The position numbers and the translations under genes were made by a program. The notes below the pieces were generated by a model. The model was not told the DNA's origin, did no database searches, and worked only from the letters and a program-made list of their open reading frames with translations. 64,000 nt of DNA from an uncultured Anaerolineales bacterium. Lineage in GTDB: Bacteria; Chloroflexota; Anaerolineae; UBA2200. Shown here piece after piece: positions 45,577 to 53,932 of the stretch (positions are counted from its first letter, which is position 1; every line of letters begins with the position of its first letter). The DNA lies in assembly GCA_964478725.1 (NCBI GenBank), contig CAYZKS010000001.1:2903-66902 (forward strand). Direction: 5' to 3'.

Positions 45577-46485
45577 CTATTCGAGTTTGGCAAACTCTCT
45601 CAGGTATTTCTCCAGCACCTTGCGCGTCTTCGCGTCCAGTGGCTGATACGGCGACCTTGGTCGACCGGCCTTCTGCCCAGCAAGCTCGGCTGTGGCCTTG
45701 AGGAATGCAACTTCGTTATCCGACGTGATATAGCTGCAGAGCTGGGTGAACTTGCGATAGAGGGGGATAGCCTTGTCCAGATCTCGACGCATGCAGGCAT
45801 CGTAGAGTGCAAGCACGGCCTTGGGCACGGCAATGCCGAACAACGACACGATACCCTTCCCGCCCAATAGCACGTCGCTGAACAGCCAGCCTTCACCGCC
45901 GGAGAAGACGTTGACTCTGTCTGCTATCTTGGTGAGCACATTGGCACGGTGCCACACGTCGCCGTTCGACTCCTTGACTGCCTTGATGTGTTCGAGTTCA
46001 AGCAGCTTGTCCCAGAACACGGGAGTCATATTGAAGCCGCGAGGCAGTGGTGGGTAATTGTAACACATGATCTGGATTTCGTCCACCGCCGCGTTGATGG
46101 CTGCATAGTATTCCAACACGTCAGCGGCAGTGGGGGTAATGACGTACGGTGGCGCGATCATGACCCCATCCGCGCCAGCCTTTTCTGCGTATGCGGTGCG
46201 GCGGAGGCACTCCTTCAGGTTCTGGAACGTGGCGCCAAATACCACTGCCAGCCTGCCCGCCGCTGCCTGAACCGCCACGTCGACCACCTGGTTGAACTCC
46301 TGCTCACTGGGCGCATAGAACTCGCCCATGCATCCGAAGGCGATGAGGCCTGGCACTCCGGAGCGGGCCAGGAAATCCACATTGTGCGCCAGCCCATCCA
46401 GGTCGATTTCCTGGTTCTCCTTGATGGCAAATGGAACCAGGGGGAAGACACCCTGCAGCGGTTTTCTCGCTCGCGCTTTGACCAT
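45577..46485 (-). CDS. DapA/dihydrodipicolinate synthase-family lyase (candidate Pyr4H2C deaminase or KDG-type aldolase of hydroxyproline catabolism)
   Basis: DHDPS-family TIM barrel (GCMGEFYAPS; Schiff-base Lys region). ATG at 46485 with an AAGGAG RBS. Confidence 0.7.
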   Translation of the reverse strand: MVKARARKPLQGVFPLVPFAIKENQEIDLDGLAHNVDFLARSGVPGLIAFGCMGEFYAPSEQEFNQVVDVAVQAAAGRLAVVFGATFQNLKECLRRTAYAEKAGADGVMIAPPYVITPTAADVLEYYAAINAAVDEIQIMCYNYPPLPRGFNMTPVFWDKLLELEHIKAVKESNGDVWHRANVLTKIADRVNVFSGGEGWLFSDVLLGGKGIVSLFGIAVPKAVLALYDACMRRDLDKAIPLYRKFTQLCSYITSDNEVAFLKATAELAGQKAGRPRSPYQPLDAKTRKVLEKYLREFAKLE

Positions 46486-46556
46486 AAAACTCCTTTCAAC
46501 GACTGTCATGATGATGCACACCCCTCCCGGCTCCCAAGCTCAGAGAGGCGAATGCC

Positions 46557-47591
46557 CTAGAACTCTGTGCCCCACTTGCTGCGTGGGCCGAGGTAGAAGC
46601 CGCGCGGATAGGGGTCTCTCGGGTCGAGAACGAACTGCTGTATGCCGGTGATGTAGGCACTGCCACGGATCGTCGGGTAGATGGCTGGCAACTCACCCAC
46701 TTGAGTCTCTTCGACGGCCTTGCCTGTGAATCTGCTGCCAATGATGCTCTCGCTGACAAACTCCTGATTGAGCTTGAGCTCGCCTTTGGCATAACGCATG
46801 GCCACCTCAGCCGACGTTCCAGTACCACAGGGCGAGCGGTCAATGGCCTCAGCGCTGAAGAACACGGCGTTGCGCATGTGCACTCCCGGGCTCTGCGCCG
46901 GTGCGACAAAGCGTACGTGGGTACAACGATTGATCGCGGGGTTCAGTGGGTGCACTACCTCGACTTGTTCAAAAACAGCCTCGCGGATCTTGCTGCCAAT
47001 GGCTACGATGTCTGCGCTTCTCTGGGGGATCAGCTCCAGGCCAACGCTCTCGGCCGGCACAATGGCGTAGAAGTTGCCGCCCCAGGCAATGTCGAGGCGC
47101 AGCTTGCCGATGGTTGGTACATCCACGACGAGGTCACGCTTGTAAAGGAAGGCTGGCACGTTGCGGAACGTGACGCTCTTGGCGATGCCATCCTCTACCT
47201 CCACCTCCGCGGTCACCAGGCCCGCAGGCGTATCCAGCACGATCTTCGTGCTGGGCTCTTTGACCTGCACCATGCCTGTCTCGACCAGGACGGTGCTTGT
47301 GGCGATGGTCATATGGCCGCACATCGGTAGAAAGCCGCTGACCTCTATGAATAGCACGCCAATATCTGCTTGCGGTGATGCCGGAGCCGTGATGATGCTC
47401 CCCGACTGGAAACTGTTCCCGCGAGGTTCGAACATGAGCATGGTGCGCAGCTCATCCAGGTTCTTCTGGGCCCATAACCACTTCTCTGCCATGGTGTTGC
47501 CAGGAATCGCGGGTACTCCGCCGGTGACGACTCTGGCATACATGCCTTCCGTATGCGCATCCACCGCTGTCACTAGTCGTTTGAACCTCAT
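46557..47591 (-). CDS. Proline racemase family enzyme, second paralog, Cys/Cys type
   Basis: MCGHMTI and SPCGTGTSA motifs; clearly homologous to the 37797..38840 product along its full length. Confidence 0.85.
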   Translation of the reverse strand: MRFKRLVTAVDAHTEGMYARVVTGGVPAIPGNTMAEKWLWAQKNLDELRTMLMFEPRGNSFQSGSIITAPASPQADIGVLFIEVSGFLPMCGHMTIATSTVLVETGMVQVKEPSTKIVLDTPAGLVTAEVEVEDGIAKSVTFRNVPAFLYKRDLVVDVPTIGKLRLDIAWGGNFYAIVPAESVGLELIPQRSADIVAIGSKIREAVFEQVEVVHPLNPAINRCTHVRFVAPAQSPGVHMRNAVFFSAEAIDRSPCGTGTSAEVAMRYAKGELKLNQEFVSESIIGSRFTGKAVEETQVGELPAIYPTIRGSAYITGIQQFVLDPRDPYPRGFYLGPRSKWGTEF

Positions 47592-47664
47592 TGTTTCCTA
47601 TCCCCTTTCTCTTGATCGAGTTGCCGTTTATGGTCCAACGCCATGGCTTCCTTTCGTGCTGACG

Positions 47665-48828
47665 CTAGTTCTGCAGGAAACGCGCTGGCGAGAACCCCTC
47701 CATGGGCAGCTCAAGGCTCTGTCCTGTAATCATCTGCATGATGAGCTTGCCCGTGATGGGGCCCAAGGCGATACCCGTGCCCTCGTGGCCGGTGGCCACG
47801 TAGAAGCCCTTCACCCCGTCGGCCTCGCCGATGATCGGTATGTGGTCAGGTGGGAATGGGCGTAGGCCAGCGTACGTGCGAATGGCGTGAATGCCTTGCA
47901 GACACGGGAAGAAACGGATAGCGCGCGTGACGATCCTTTGTACGGCCGCCAGGTTCACTGAGCGATCGAACCCAACGAACTGCCGACTGCTACCGAGCAG
48001 AATGTTGCCGCTGGCCGTGTGTTCCACCACCGTGGCGATCTGGAGGCCGCGCTCGTCACTCTCCACGGTCTGTGTGTATGCCGCCTCCATCATCTTGCGA
48101 TGCACAACGTCCGCCACTGGCTCGGTGACCACGATTTGGCCTTGACGCGGCAGCACGGGCACATTCACTCCAGCCATCTCGCCGATCTGCTTGCTCCAGG
48201 CCCCCGCCGCGTTCACAACCGCAGAAGTGTGGATGCGGCCAGCGCTCGTCTCCACGGCCTCGACATGGCCATCAGAGATGGTGATGCTTTTGACCTCTGT
48301 ATAAGGCTGGATCATGGCTCCGTTGTCTGCGGCTGCCTGTCCGAGGGCCAGCACAGCCAGCATGGGCTGTACCTGAGCGTCCTCCGGGAAAACGGCACCC
48401 CCGCCCAGGTCTTCGGCCAGGTTCGGCTCCAACTGGCGCAACGCTTGCAAGCTCAAGAGTTGGCAGGGCACTCCTGCCTCTTGCATAGACCGGACGAATG
48501 CTTCGGCTGCAGCCATGTCCTCCGGCTGCTCGACTACCAGAATGCTGCCTTTTTCCTGGTACTCTATGCTGAACGGCAGACGTGGCACAACCTCACGGTA
48601 GAGTCCAGCCCCGATCTTGGAGAGTTCAAGCAGAATCCCGGGTGGCTTGTCCCACAGCAGGATGTTGCCCTCACAGGCTCCCGAAGCGCCACTGGCGAGC
48701 GACCCGCTGTCCAACAGGTGAACCTTGACGCCGGCTTGCGCCAGGTAGTAGGCGCAAGAGACACCGACGATGCCGCCCCCGATGACCACGACGTCGGGTG
48801 ACACTCTAAGCCTCACCCATGGACGCAA
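47665..48828 (-). CDS. FAD-dependent oxidoreductase, DAO family (candidate D-hydroxyproline/D-proline dehydrogenase)
   Basis: N-terminal dinucleotide-binding motif VVVIGGGIVG. DAO-family length and a C-terminal GHEGTG region. Confidence 0.8.
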   Translation of the reverse strand: MRPWVRLRVSPDVVVIGGGIVGVSCAYYLAQAGVKVHLLDSGSLASGASGACEGNILLWDKPPGILLELSKIGAGLYREVVPRLPFSIEYQEKGSILVVEQPEDMAAAEAFVRSMQEAGVPCQLLSLQALRQLEPNLAEDLGGGAVFPEDAQVQPMLAVLALGQAAADNGAMIQPYTEVKSITISDGHVEAVETSAGRIHTSAVVNAAGAWSKQIGEMAGVNVPVLPRQGQIVVTEPVADVVHRKMMEAAYTQTVESDERGLQIATVVEHTASGNILLGSSRQFVGFDRSVNLAAVQRIVTRAIRFFPCLQGIHAIRTYAGLRPFPPDHIPIIGEADGVKGFYVATGHEGTGIALGPITGKLIMQMITGQSLELPMEGFSPARFLQN

Positions 48829-48865
48829 TTGCGCTCGTGCGCGGATTCACGTTCTTCGCCAGGCT

Positions 48866-49675
48866 TCATGGGCCCTTTTGTAAGGCATTGGCCTTGCCAG
48901 CACCGGGCAGTGTGAGCCCTGCAGGATTGAGATTGGATGGATTGACCACGCTGGAAGCGGGAATCAATTCGACTTCGATCATGAACCTCTCGACGCTCTC
49001 GAGGTGTCTCCTCATACGGGTCGCTGCTGCGTCTGCGTCTTGCCTCTCAATGGCTTCACAGATCTCGCGGTGCATTACCCCGTACTGTCGTAGCCGGTCC
49101 GGTGCGGAGGCCGTCGCGTCCCTCAACAACAGCCACAGTCTCTGCCCCATCAATTCGTACACGGTGGACATCATGCTTACCAGCACCGGGTTCTCGGTGG
49201 CCTCCGCCACCGCCAAATGGAAGCGGCGATCCCCCTCGCTCGACAGATATGTGCCGTCTGGATCGCCGTCGGCCAGCCCCTGGATCTCGGACAGGCGCCG
49301 CAAGGATTCCTCGGATCTCTGTGTGGCAGCGAGGGCGGCGATGCCGGGTTCCACTGCCAGACGGGCTTGGAGGATGGCAAAGGGGCTTTCCAGGTCGCGG
49401 TAGAGCAGGGAGGCATCTAGTCGCAGGATCTTGGAGGGAGCATCGGCGCAGACAAACGTACCTTGTCCGGATCTGGTTTCCACCAGACCCAGCAACTGCA
49501 GAGCGCTGAGCGCCTCTCGCAGGGACGCACGACTGATTCGCAATTGCTCCGCAAGATCGCGCTCAGAGGGCAACTGGGACTCTGCGGCGAACTCGCCCTT
49601 TCTCACCAAATCGATGATCTGGTCCACGACATACATGTAGACCCTTTTGGTCCGCACCGGGGCGAAACTCGTCAT
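48866..49675 (-). CDS. GntR family transcriptional regulator, FadR subfamily (FCD ligand-binding domain)
   Basis: N-terminal winged HTH (LPSERDLAEQLRISRASLREAL), C-terminal all-helical FCD domain. ATG at 49675; the ORF-table start at 49762 is an extension. Confidence 0.85.
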   Translation of the reverse strand: MTSFAPVRTKRVYMYVVDQIIDLVRKGEFAAESQLPSERDLAEQLRISRASLREALSALQLLGLVETRSGQGTFVCADAPSKILRLDASLLYRDLESPFAILQARLAVEPGIAALAATQRSEESLRRLSEIQGLADGDPDGTYLSSEGDRRFHLAVAEATENPVLVSMMSTVYELMGQRLWLLLRDATASAPDRLRQYGVMHREICEAIERQDADAAATRMRRHLESVERFMIEVELIPASSVVNPSNLNPAGLTLPGAGKANALQKGP

Positions 49676-49918
49676 GTGCGCATTCCTTGCGAATTCTCGC
49701 CTTCGTGGATCGCTGCCGTGAGAGACGTGGACTGAGCGCATACGGAGCTTGGCGCATTGCACTTGCTCGCTGCGATGCTCCGGTTCAATGGCCTGCTGGT
49801 CAGTCCACGCACAGTATACCCCAATAGGCCGGGAATGTCAACCATCAGGTACTGCAAAAGCGAGTGAACCAGAATCAATGCGGGAACGTAAGCTAGTATG
49901 ATGCCATGGGATGCTCCA

Positions 49919-49935
49919 GCGTTTGGCCCAAACGC
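49919..49935. promoter_or_regulatory. 17-bp perfect palindrome GCGTTTGG-C-CCAAACGC in the divergent GntR/lipoprotein intergenic region; candidate GntR-type operator
   Basis: Seen in the sequence. Fits the loose GntR operator pattern (GT...AC around a dyad axis). Located between divergently transcribed genes. Confidence 0.3.
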
Positions 49936-50000
49936 CAGAGCTCTGACTGGTAAGCGCGAAGCGCATGGCGCCAACGGGCCGGGTCTCGGATGCACGATGG

Positions 50001-50029
50001 CCATGCGCGCTTGGTTTCCGAGATTGGGT
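50001..50029 (+). promoter_or_regulatory. Sigma-70 promoter (TTGGTT-17-TATAAT) for the lipoprotein gene
   Basis: Consensus -10 with 17-nt spacing, about 35 nt upstream of the ATG at 50064. AAAGGAAGGGA RBS. Confidence 0.45.
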
Positions 50030-50063
50030 GTACTATAATGCGGGCGCAAAGGAAGGGAGCAGA

Positions 50064-51812
50064 ATGTCCAGAACCAAAGTCACGCTTGGCGTTCTTTGTC
50101 TGGCATTGTTGCTTGCTGGCTGTCAAGCTGCCACACCGAAGACTCGAAAAGTGCTATCAGAATGGAGCCGCGGCCAACAGCTGGGCATCAGCGGAATCAA
50201 CCAAAGCGTGGAGATGCTGTCAACCCAGGACGCACTGCATCTCGTTTGGGTGGCTGCCGAGGGCAGGACTCTGCATTACACGCGCCTTGACCGGGCAGGC
50301 CAAGTTCAAGTCAGCACGGATTTGGTGCTAGGTAGCGCGCATCCTACTTCACCAAACCTGTCGATGAGCACAGACGGTGTGCTGCGCCTCCTGTGGACTG
50401 ACAACCCACGCATTCCTCGTGGGTTGTTCTTTGCCAGACTCACCCCCGAAGGTCAACTACTGGGTGAGCCTCAACTCGTGAGCGAAGATGAGGTGAGGGT
50501 TTCAGAGTACGATGTGGCCTGCAACTCAGACGGCACCCTCGACATTTTCTGGGCGACGGAGGTTCCTAGCGAGGGTGGCATCTACCATCTGCGCATCCTG
50601 GCAGATGATCAGGTTGGCGAGGCCAACCGTCTATTGGTGGGCGGTGCAGGCAAGCCCAGCTTGCAGGTCGACCGCAACGGCACAATCCACCTGGTTTGGG
50701 TGGAGGGTGCGACCCCCCAGGAGAACACAATCTACTATGCGAGGTATGATCCATCGACGGGACAGCTCGAAGACAAGACGCGCGTGGGCTTCTACCGTTC
50801 GGGAACCGGAATGGTTGCCCATCCACCCGTTCTGGGATTAGACAGAGCAACAGCCTACGTATTCTGGTCTTCAGAAGGACGTGGAGGAGCCCAGGCAGGC
50901 GAAGCACAGACCTTCATGACCTCCTTCCCTCCTGGAAGGCCCGCGTTGAACGAGGCAGAACCCGTGGAGATCCCGGCCACGGTCAAGCCAGAATATGAGA
51001 GGGTGACTGGAAACTTGCCTTACCAGCAACTTGCCTCCGTGGCGACGGGATGGCCGACGGGCTACCTGTACGCGCCAGCCGTTCTTGAGGGCCAGAATGA
51101 CGAACTGGGCCTTTTCCTGGTGGGCCAATTCTCTTCGCGTAACCGGACCACTACCGAGGTAGCCTGGGCGATCCTGACCGATGGTGCGGTGAAGGGCTAT
51201 CAACTGCCAACAAGCTTGGACGGCAGTGCGCGTCCCATGGGAGTGCTGGATGGGGGTGGCGATGCGCACCTTGTCTGGTTGAGCGCGGCTGGATTCGGTC
51301 GCTACGATGTCTACTATGCCAGCACATCTGAGTCGGTCAGGGCGAACCTGGATCGGGTCACCGTACAAGATGTAGCTTCGGACGTTCTGGGGACGTTGTG
51401 GAACCTGGCACCTGCGCTTGGGTTCTTCCCACCTGTGTTCCTGCTATGGACCATACTCTCTTTCATCTGGGTGGTTGGCTTCTACATCGTCAAGGTCGAG
51501 GGTGATTTGGAGCGACGGGCGTCCCAGGTTGCGCTGGTGATTGCTGTCCTGCTCTACCTGGGATCCAAGCTGTTTCTGATGCCCCCGAGCATGCTGTTGT
51601 ACGCTCCCTTTGTGGATCGTTTCCCTGGAAGTCTACAGTTCATACCGGTAGTTGGCACCCTGCTGTTCACGACACTGATTGCTCTGGGAGCGGTAGCGGT
51701 ATACTTTAGGAAGAGGCAGTACAGATCCCTGTTGGCAGTATACCTGATTTTCGTGGTCACAGATGCCCTGATCGCCTTGATTCTCTACATCCCAGGCGTC
51801 ATTGGGCCATAG
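50064..51812 (+). CDS. Lipoprotein with repeated beta-propeller/BNR-like blades and a C-terminal polytopic membrane domain; function unknown
   Basis: Signal peptide plus lipobox (LLLAGC). Six or more repeats of a hydrophobic-W motif (LHLVWVAAEG, LRLLWTDN, LDIFWATE, IHLVWVEG, AYVFWSSEG, AHLVWLSA). About 4 TM helices at the C-terminus. Confidence 0.5.
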   Translation: MSRTKVTLGVLCLALLLAGCQAATPKTRKVLSEWSRGQQLGISGINQSVEMLSTQDALHLVWVAAEGRTLHYTRLDRAGQVQVSTDLVLGSAHPTSPNLSMSTDGVLRLLWTDNPRIPRGLFFARLTPEGQLLGEPQLVSEDEVRVSEYDVACNSDGTLDIFWATEVPSEGGIYHLRILADDQVGEANRLLVGGAGKPSLQVDRNGTIHLVWVEGATPQENTIYYARYDPSTGQLEDKTRVGFYRSGTGMVAHPPVLGLDRATAYVFWSSEGRGGAQAGEAQTFMTSFPPGRPALNEAEPVEIPATVKPEYERVTGNLPYQQLASVATGWPTGYLYAPAVLEGQNDELGLFLVGQFSSRNRTTTEVAWAILTDGAVKGYQLPTSLDGSARPMGVLDGGGDAHLVWLSAAGFGRYDVYYASTSESVRANLDRVTVQDVASDVLGTLWNLAPALGFFPPVFLLWTILSFIWVVGFYIVKVEGDLERRASQVALVIAVLLYLGSKLFLMPPSMLLYAPFVDRFPGSLQFIPVVGTLLFTTLIALGAVAVYFRKRQYRSLLAVYLIFVVTDALIALILYIPGVIGP

Positions 51813-51835
51813 GCCAGGATAGGCAGAAGGATCGC

Positions 51836-52801
51836 ATGACCAGAACCGGACGCAATGACCTCTGCCCCTGTGGGAGCGGCAAGAAATACAAGAACTGCTG
51901 TTTGAACAAGGACCGCATTGCGCACCTGCGGGATACCTCCTGGATACGGGACGAACAGGCCACCGTACAGAAGCTGCTTGCATTTGCGCAGCGGCCAGCC
52001 TTTCACTCGCAGATGGTGGTGGCCTCCAATTTGTTCTGGAACGGCAACTATGGCGCTGCAGGCCTTGAAGCCATTGAGCGGGATGAAGCCCTACGCTTTG
52101 CGGATTGGTACGTGTTTGACTATCGGATGGAAGGGCTGGGCAAGCGTGCTGTTGATTTGTTTGCTGAAGAGATGGGGCCAACGCTCCTGCCGGAGGAAAG
52201 GGAGCGGGTGCGTATCTGGCAGGACTCGTACTTGAGCCTGTACATGATCGCTGGTTCCTCCGATTCAGGTCTCTTGCCGGTGCTTGATCTCCTGCAGGAA
52301 CGTGGGAGTTCCGTCTCTGGTGGCGAGCTGGGGCGGCTGGGGCTGCGTGGGGATGTGGTGTTGGGCCGCATTCTGCGTTCGCCCAACCCGGAGCATTTCT
52401 CGTGGGGCGCGGTCTTGCTGCCCGGCACGCTCAAAGCAGGGCTGATGGACGTGGCCAGGCGGGCTTTCACGGAGTATGGACAGACCCATGCTGAGGGGCA
52501 GTGGGCGAAGTTTCTTTCTGCTTATGGCTATATCTTCAATCACGCTCTGCTAAAGATGGCCACAGAGGCAGGTGGACCGCGCCGCGCCTCGCCGGCCTAC
52601 TATGACGGCTTCCGCACCATGGAAAGGCTCAGGGAAGTGGAAAGGCGCCTGCGTGAGCAGGCTGCCAAGGAATGGCAGAAACAACGCCTGGCACAGGAGA
52701 GACAGACAGAAAAGCAGGAAGAGCCAGTGCACCAAACGCGAGGGGGAATCCTACTACCGAAACATGTGCAGTACAGAGGCAGCCGCAAGGTCAAAGCATA
52801 G
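51836..52801 (+). CDS. SEC-C motif domain protein
   Basis: N-terminal RNDLCPCGSGKKYKNCC, the canonical SEC-C zinc-binding motif; the remainder is unannotated. Confidence 0.65.
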   Translation: MTRTGRNDLCPCGSGKKYKNCCLNKDRIAHLRDTSWIRDEQATVQKLLAFAQRPAFHSQMVVASNLFWNGNYGAAGLEAIERDEALRFADWYVFDYRMEGLGKRAVDLFAEEMGPTLLPEERERVRIWQDSYLSLYMIAGSSDSGLLPVLDLLQERGSSVSGGELGRLGLRGDVVLGRILRSPNPEHFSWGAVLLPGTLKAGLMDVARRAFTEYGQTHAEGQWAKFLSAYGYIFNHALLKMATEAGGPRRASPAYYDGFRTMERLREVERRLREQAAKEWQKQRLAQERQTEKQEEPVHQTRGGILLPKHVQYRGSRKVKA

Positions 52802-52818
52802 GACGCAATCACAAGGAG

Positions 52819-53271
52819 TTATAGAACCTCGCTGGCGGGTTGCTCTCCCTCTCCACAATAGGGGCAGATGTCCCAGTTCAGACTTAGCACACGGCCACAG
52901 GAAGGGCACTTTTTGCGTAGTTCTCTGTGACAGTGTGGGCATAGCATAAAGTCGCCTTCCACCTTGCGTTTGCAGCCAGGGCAGATGTAACGCTCCTCGA
53001 TGTCCTGTAAAAGTGCCTCTTGGCTCAATGCGTGTTCGTATGCATCGGCCAATGTCTCGCGCGGGCGCAAGACAAAGTACAGTATCAGCCCGGGAACATT
53101 GAACACGAGCACCAACAAGATAGCCAGTATCTGTACAAACACGTCTCGCGTGCGCGAGCGGATGTCTCGGAAAGTCCAGATCGTGATGGCGACGAGAAAG
53201 AGAACGGCATAGGCTCCCAGCAGGGCTAGGATGAACCCAACGATTGCCGTGATGTTGGTCGGCAGCTGCAT
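52819..53271 (-). CDS. Membrane-anchored double zinc-ribbon protein
   Basis: Two TM helices followed by CPGC...CPHC...CPSC...CPYC (four CxxC pairs). ATG at 53271 with a GGAGGA RBS. Confidence 0.5.
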   Translation of the reverse strand: MQLPTNITAIVGFILALLGAYAVLFLVAITIWTFRDIRSRTRDVFVQILAILLVLVFNVPGLILYFVLRPRETLADAYEHALSQEALLQDIEERYICPGCKRKVEGDFMLCPHCHRELRKKCPSCGRVLSLNWDICPYCGEGEQPASEVL

Positions 53272-53321
53272 TTGCTCTGCTCCTCCGCACGATGTCAGGT
53301 AAGTATAGCGCAACTCGCCGT

Positions 53322-53351
53322 TTTACACAATCGGGCACCCCCATGTATAAT
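53322..53351 (+). promoter_or_regulatory. Sigma-70 promoter (TTTACA-18-TATAAT) for the nuclease-dnaB-dnaD-dnaI operon
   Basis: Hexamers seen in the sequence about 80 nt upstream of the ATG at 53432. Confidence 0.4.
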
Positions 53352-53431
53352 CGCATTCAGGATGCGTACGGCGTCTGTATCCACCCCTGTGTCTGCTTCC
53401 AAGCGCCAACGGGTCTTGGGGAGGTTCCACC

Positions 53432-53929
53432 ATGATTGCCACGACCGTTCACAGTATCCGAGTTAGTCTACTGTCTCACCATCGCGTTGTCCTGCTCAAG
53501 GACGTGCAGGCCGATCGCTACCTGCCAATCTGGGTGGGGCCTTTCGAGGCCGACTCGATTGCCATGTTCCTGCAGCATGTGGAGACACCCCGGCCTATGA
53601 CCCACGACTTGCTCCGCAACGTGATTGGCGAATTGGGTGGGAGCGTCTCGCATGTTCTGATCAATGCGCTCTCAGACAACACCTTTCACGCCCGCATCGT
53701 GCTGGATGTAGCGGGTCGACACGTGGAGGTGGATTCGCGTCCCAGCGATGCCATGGCGTTGGCCGTGCGTTGCGCGGTGCCGATCTACGTTTCTGAGGAT
53801 GTGATGGATCAGGCGAGCATCGTGGTCAGTCCAGAATTGGAGCACGTCTCGGCCGAGGAAGAACAGCACCTGGCCGCCTTCCGTGACTTTGTCAACACCC
53901 TGAATCTGGAAGAACCGAAGGACAACTAG
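53432..53929 (+). CDS. Bifunctional nuclease (BFN/DUF151) family protein
   Basis: LPIWVGPFEADSIA and RPMTHDLL motifs characteristic of the BFN domain; about 165 aa. Confidence 0.65.
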   Translation: MIATTVHSIRVSLLSHHRVVLLKDVQADRYLPIWVGPFEADSIAMFLQHVETPRPMTHDLLRNVIGELGGSVSHVLINALSDNTFHARIVLDVAGRHVEVDSRPSDAMALAVRCAVPIYVSEDVMDQASIVVSPELEHVSAEEEQHLAAFRDFVNTLNLEEPKDN

Positions 53930-53932
53930 CGC

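Noticed and set aside
46701-48801. Plus-strand ORFs 46701..47330, 47161..47865 and 48019..48801
   Set aside because: Antisense to the second racemase paralog and the FAD oxidoreductase. The minus-strand frames carry the family motifs.
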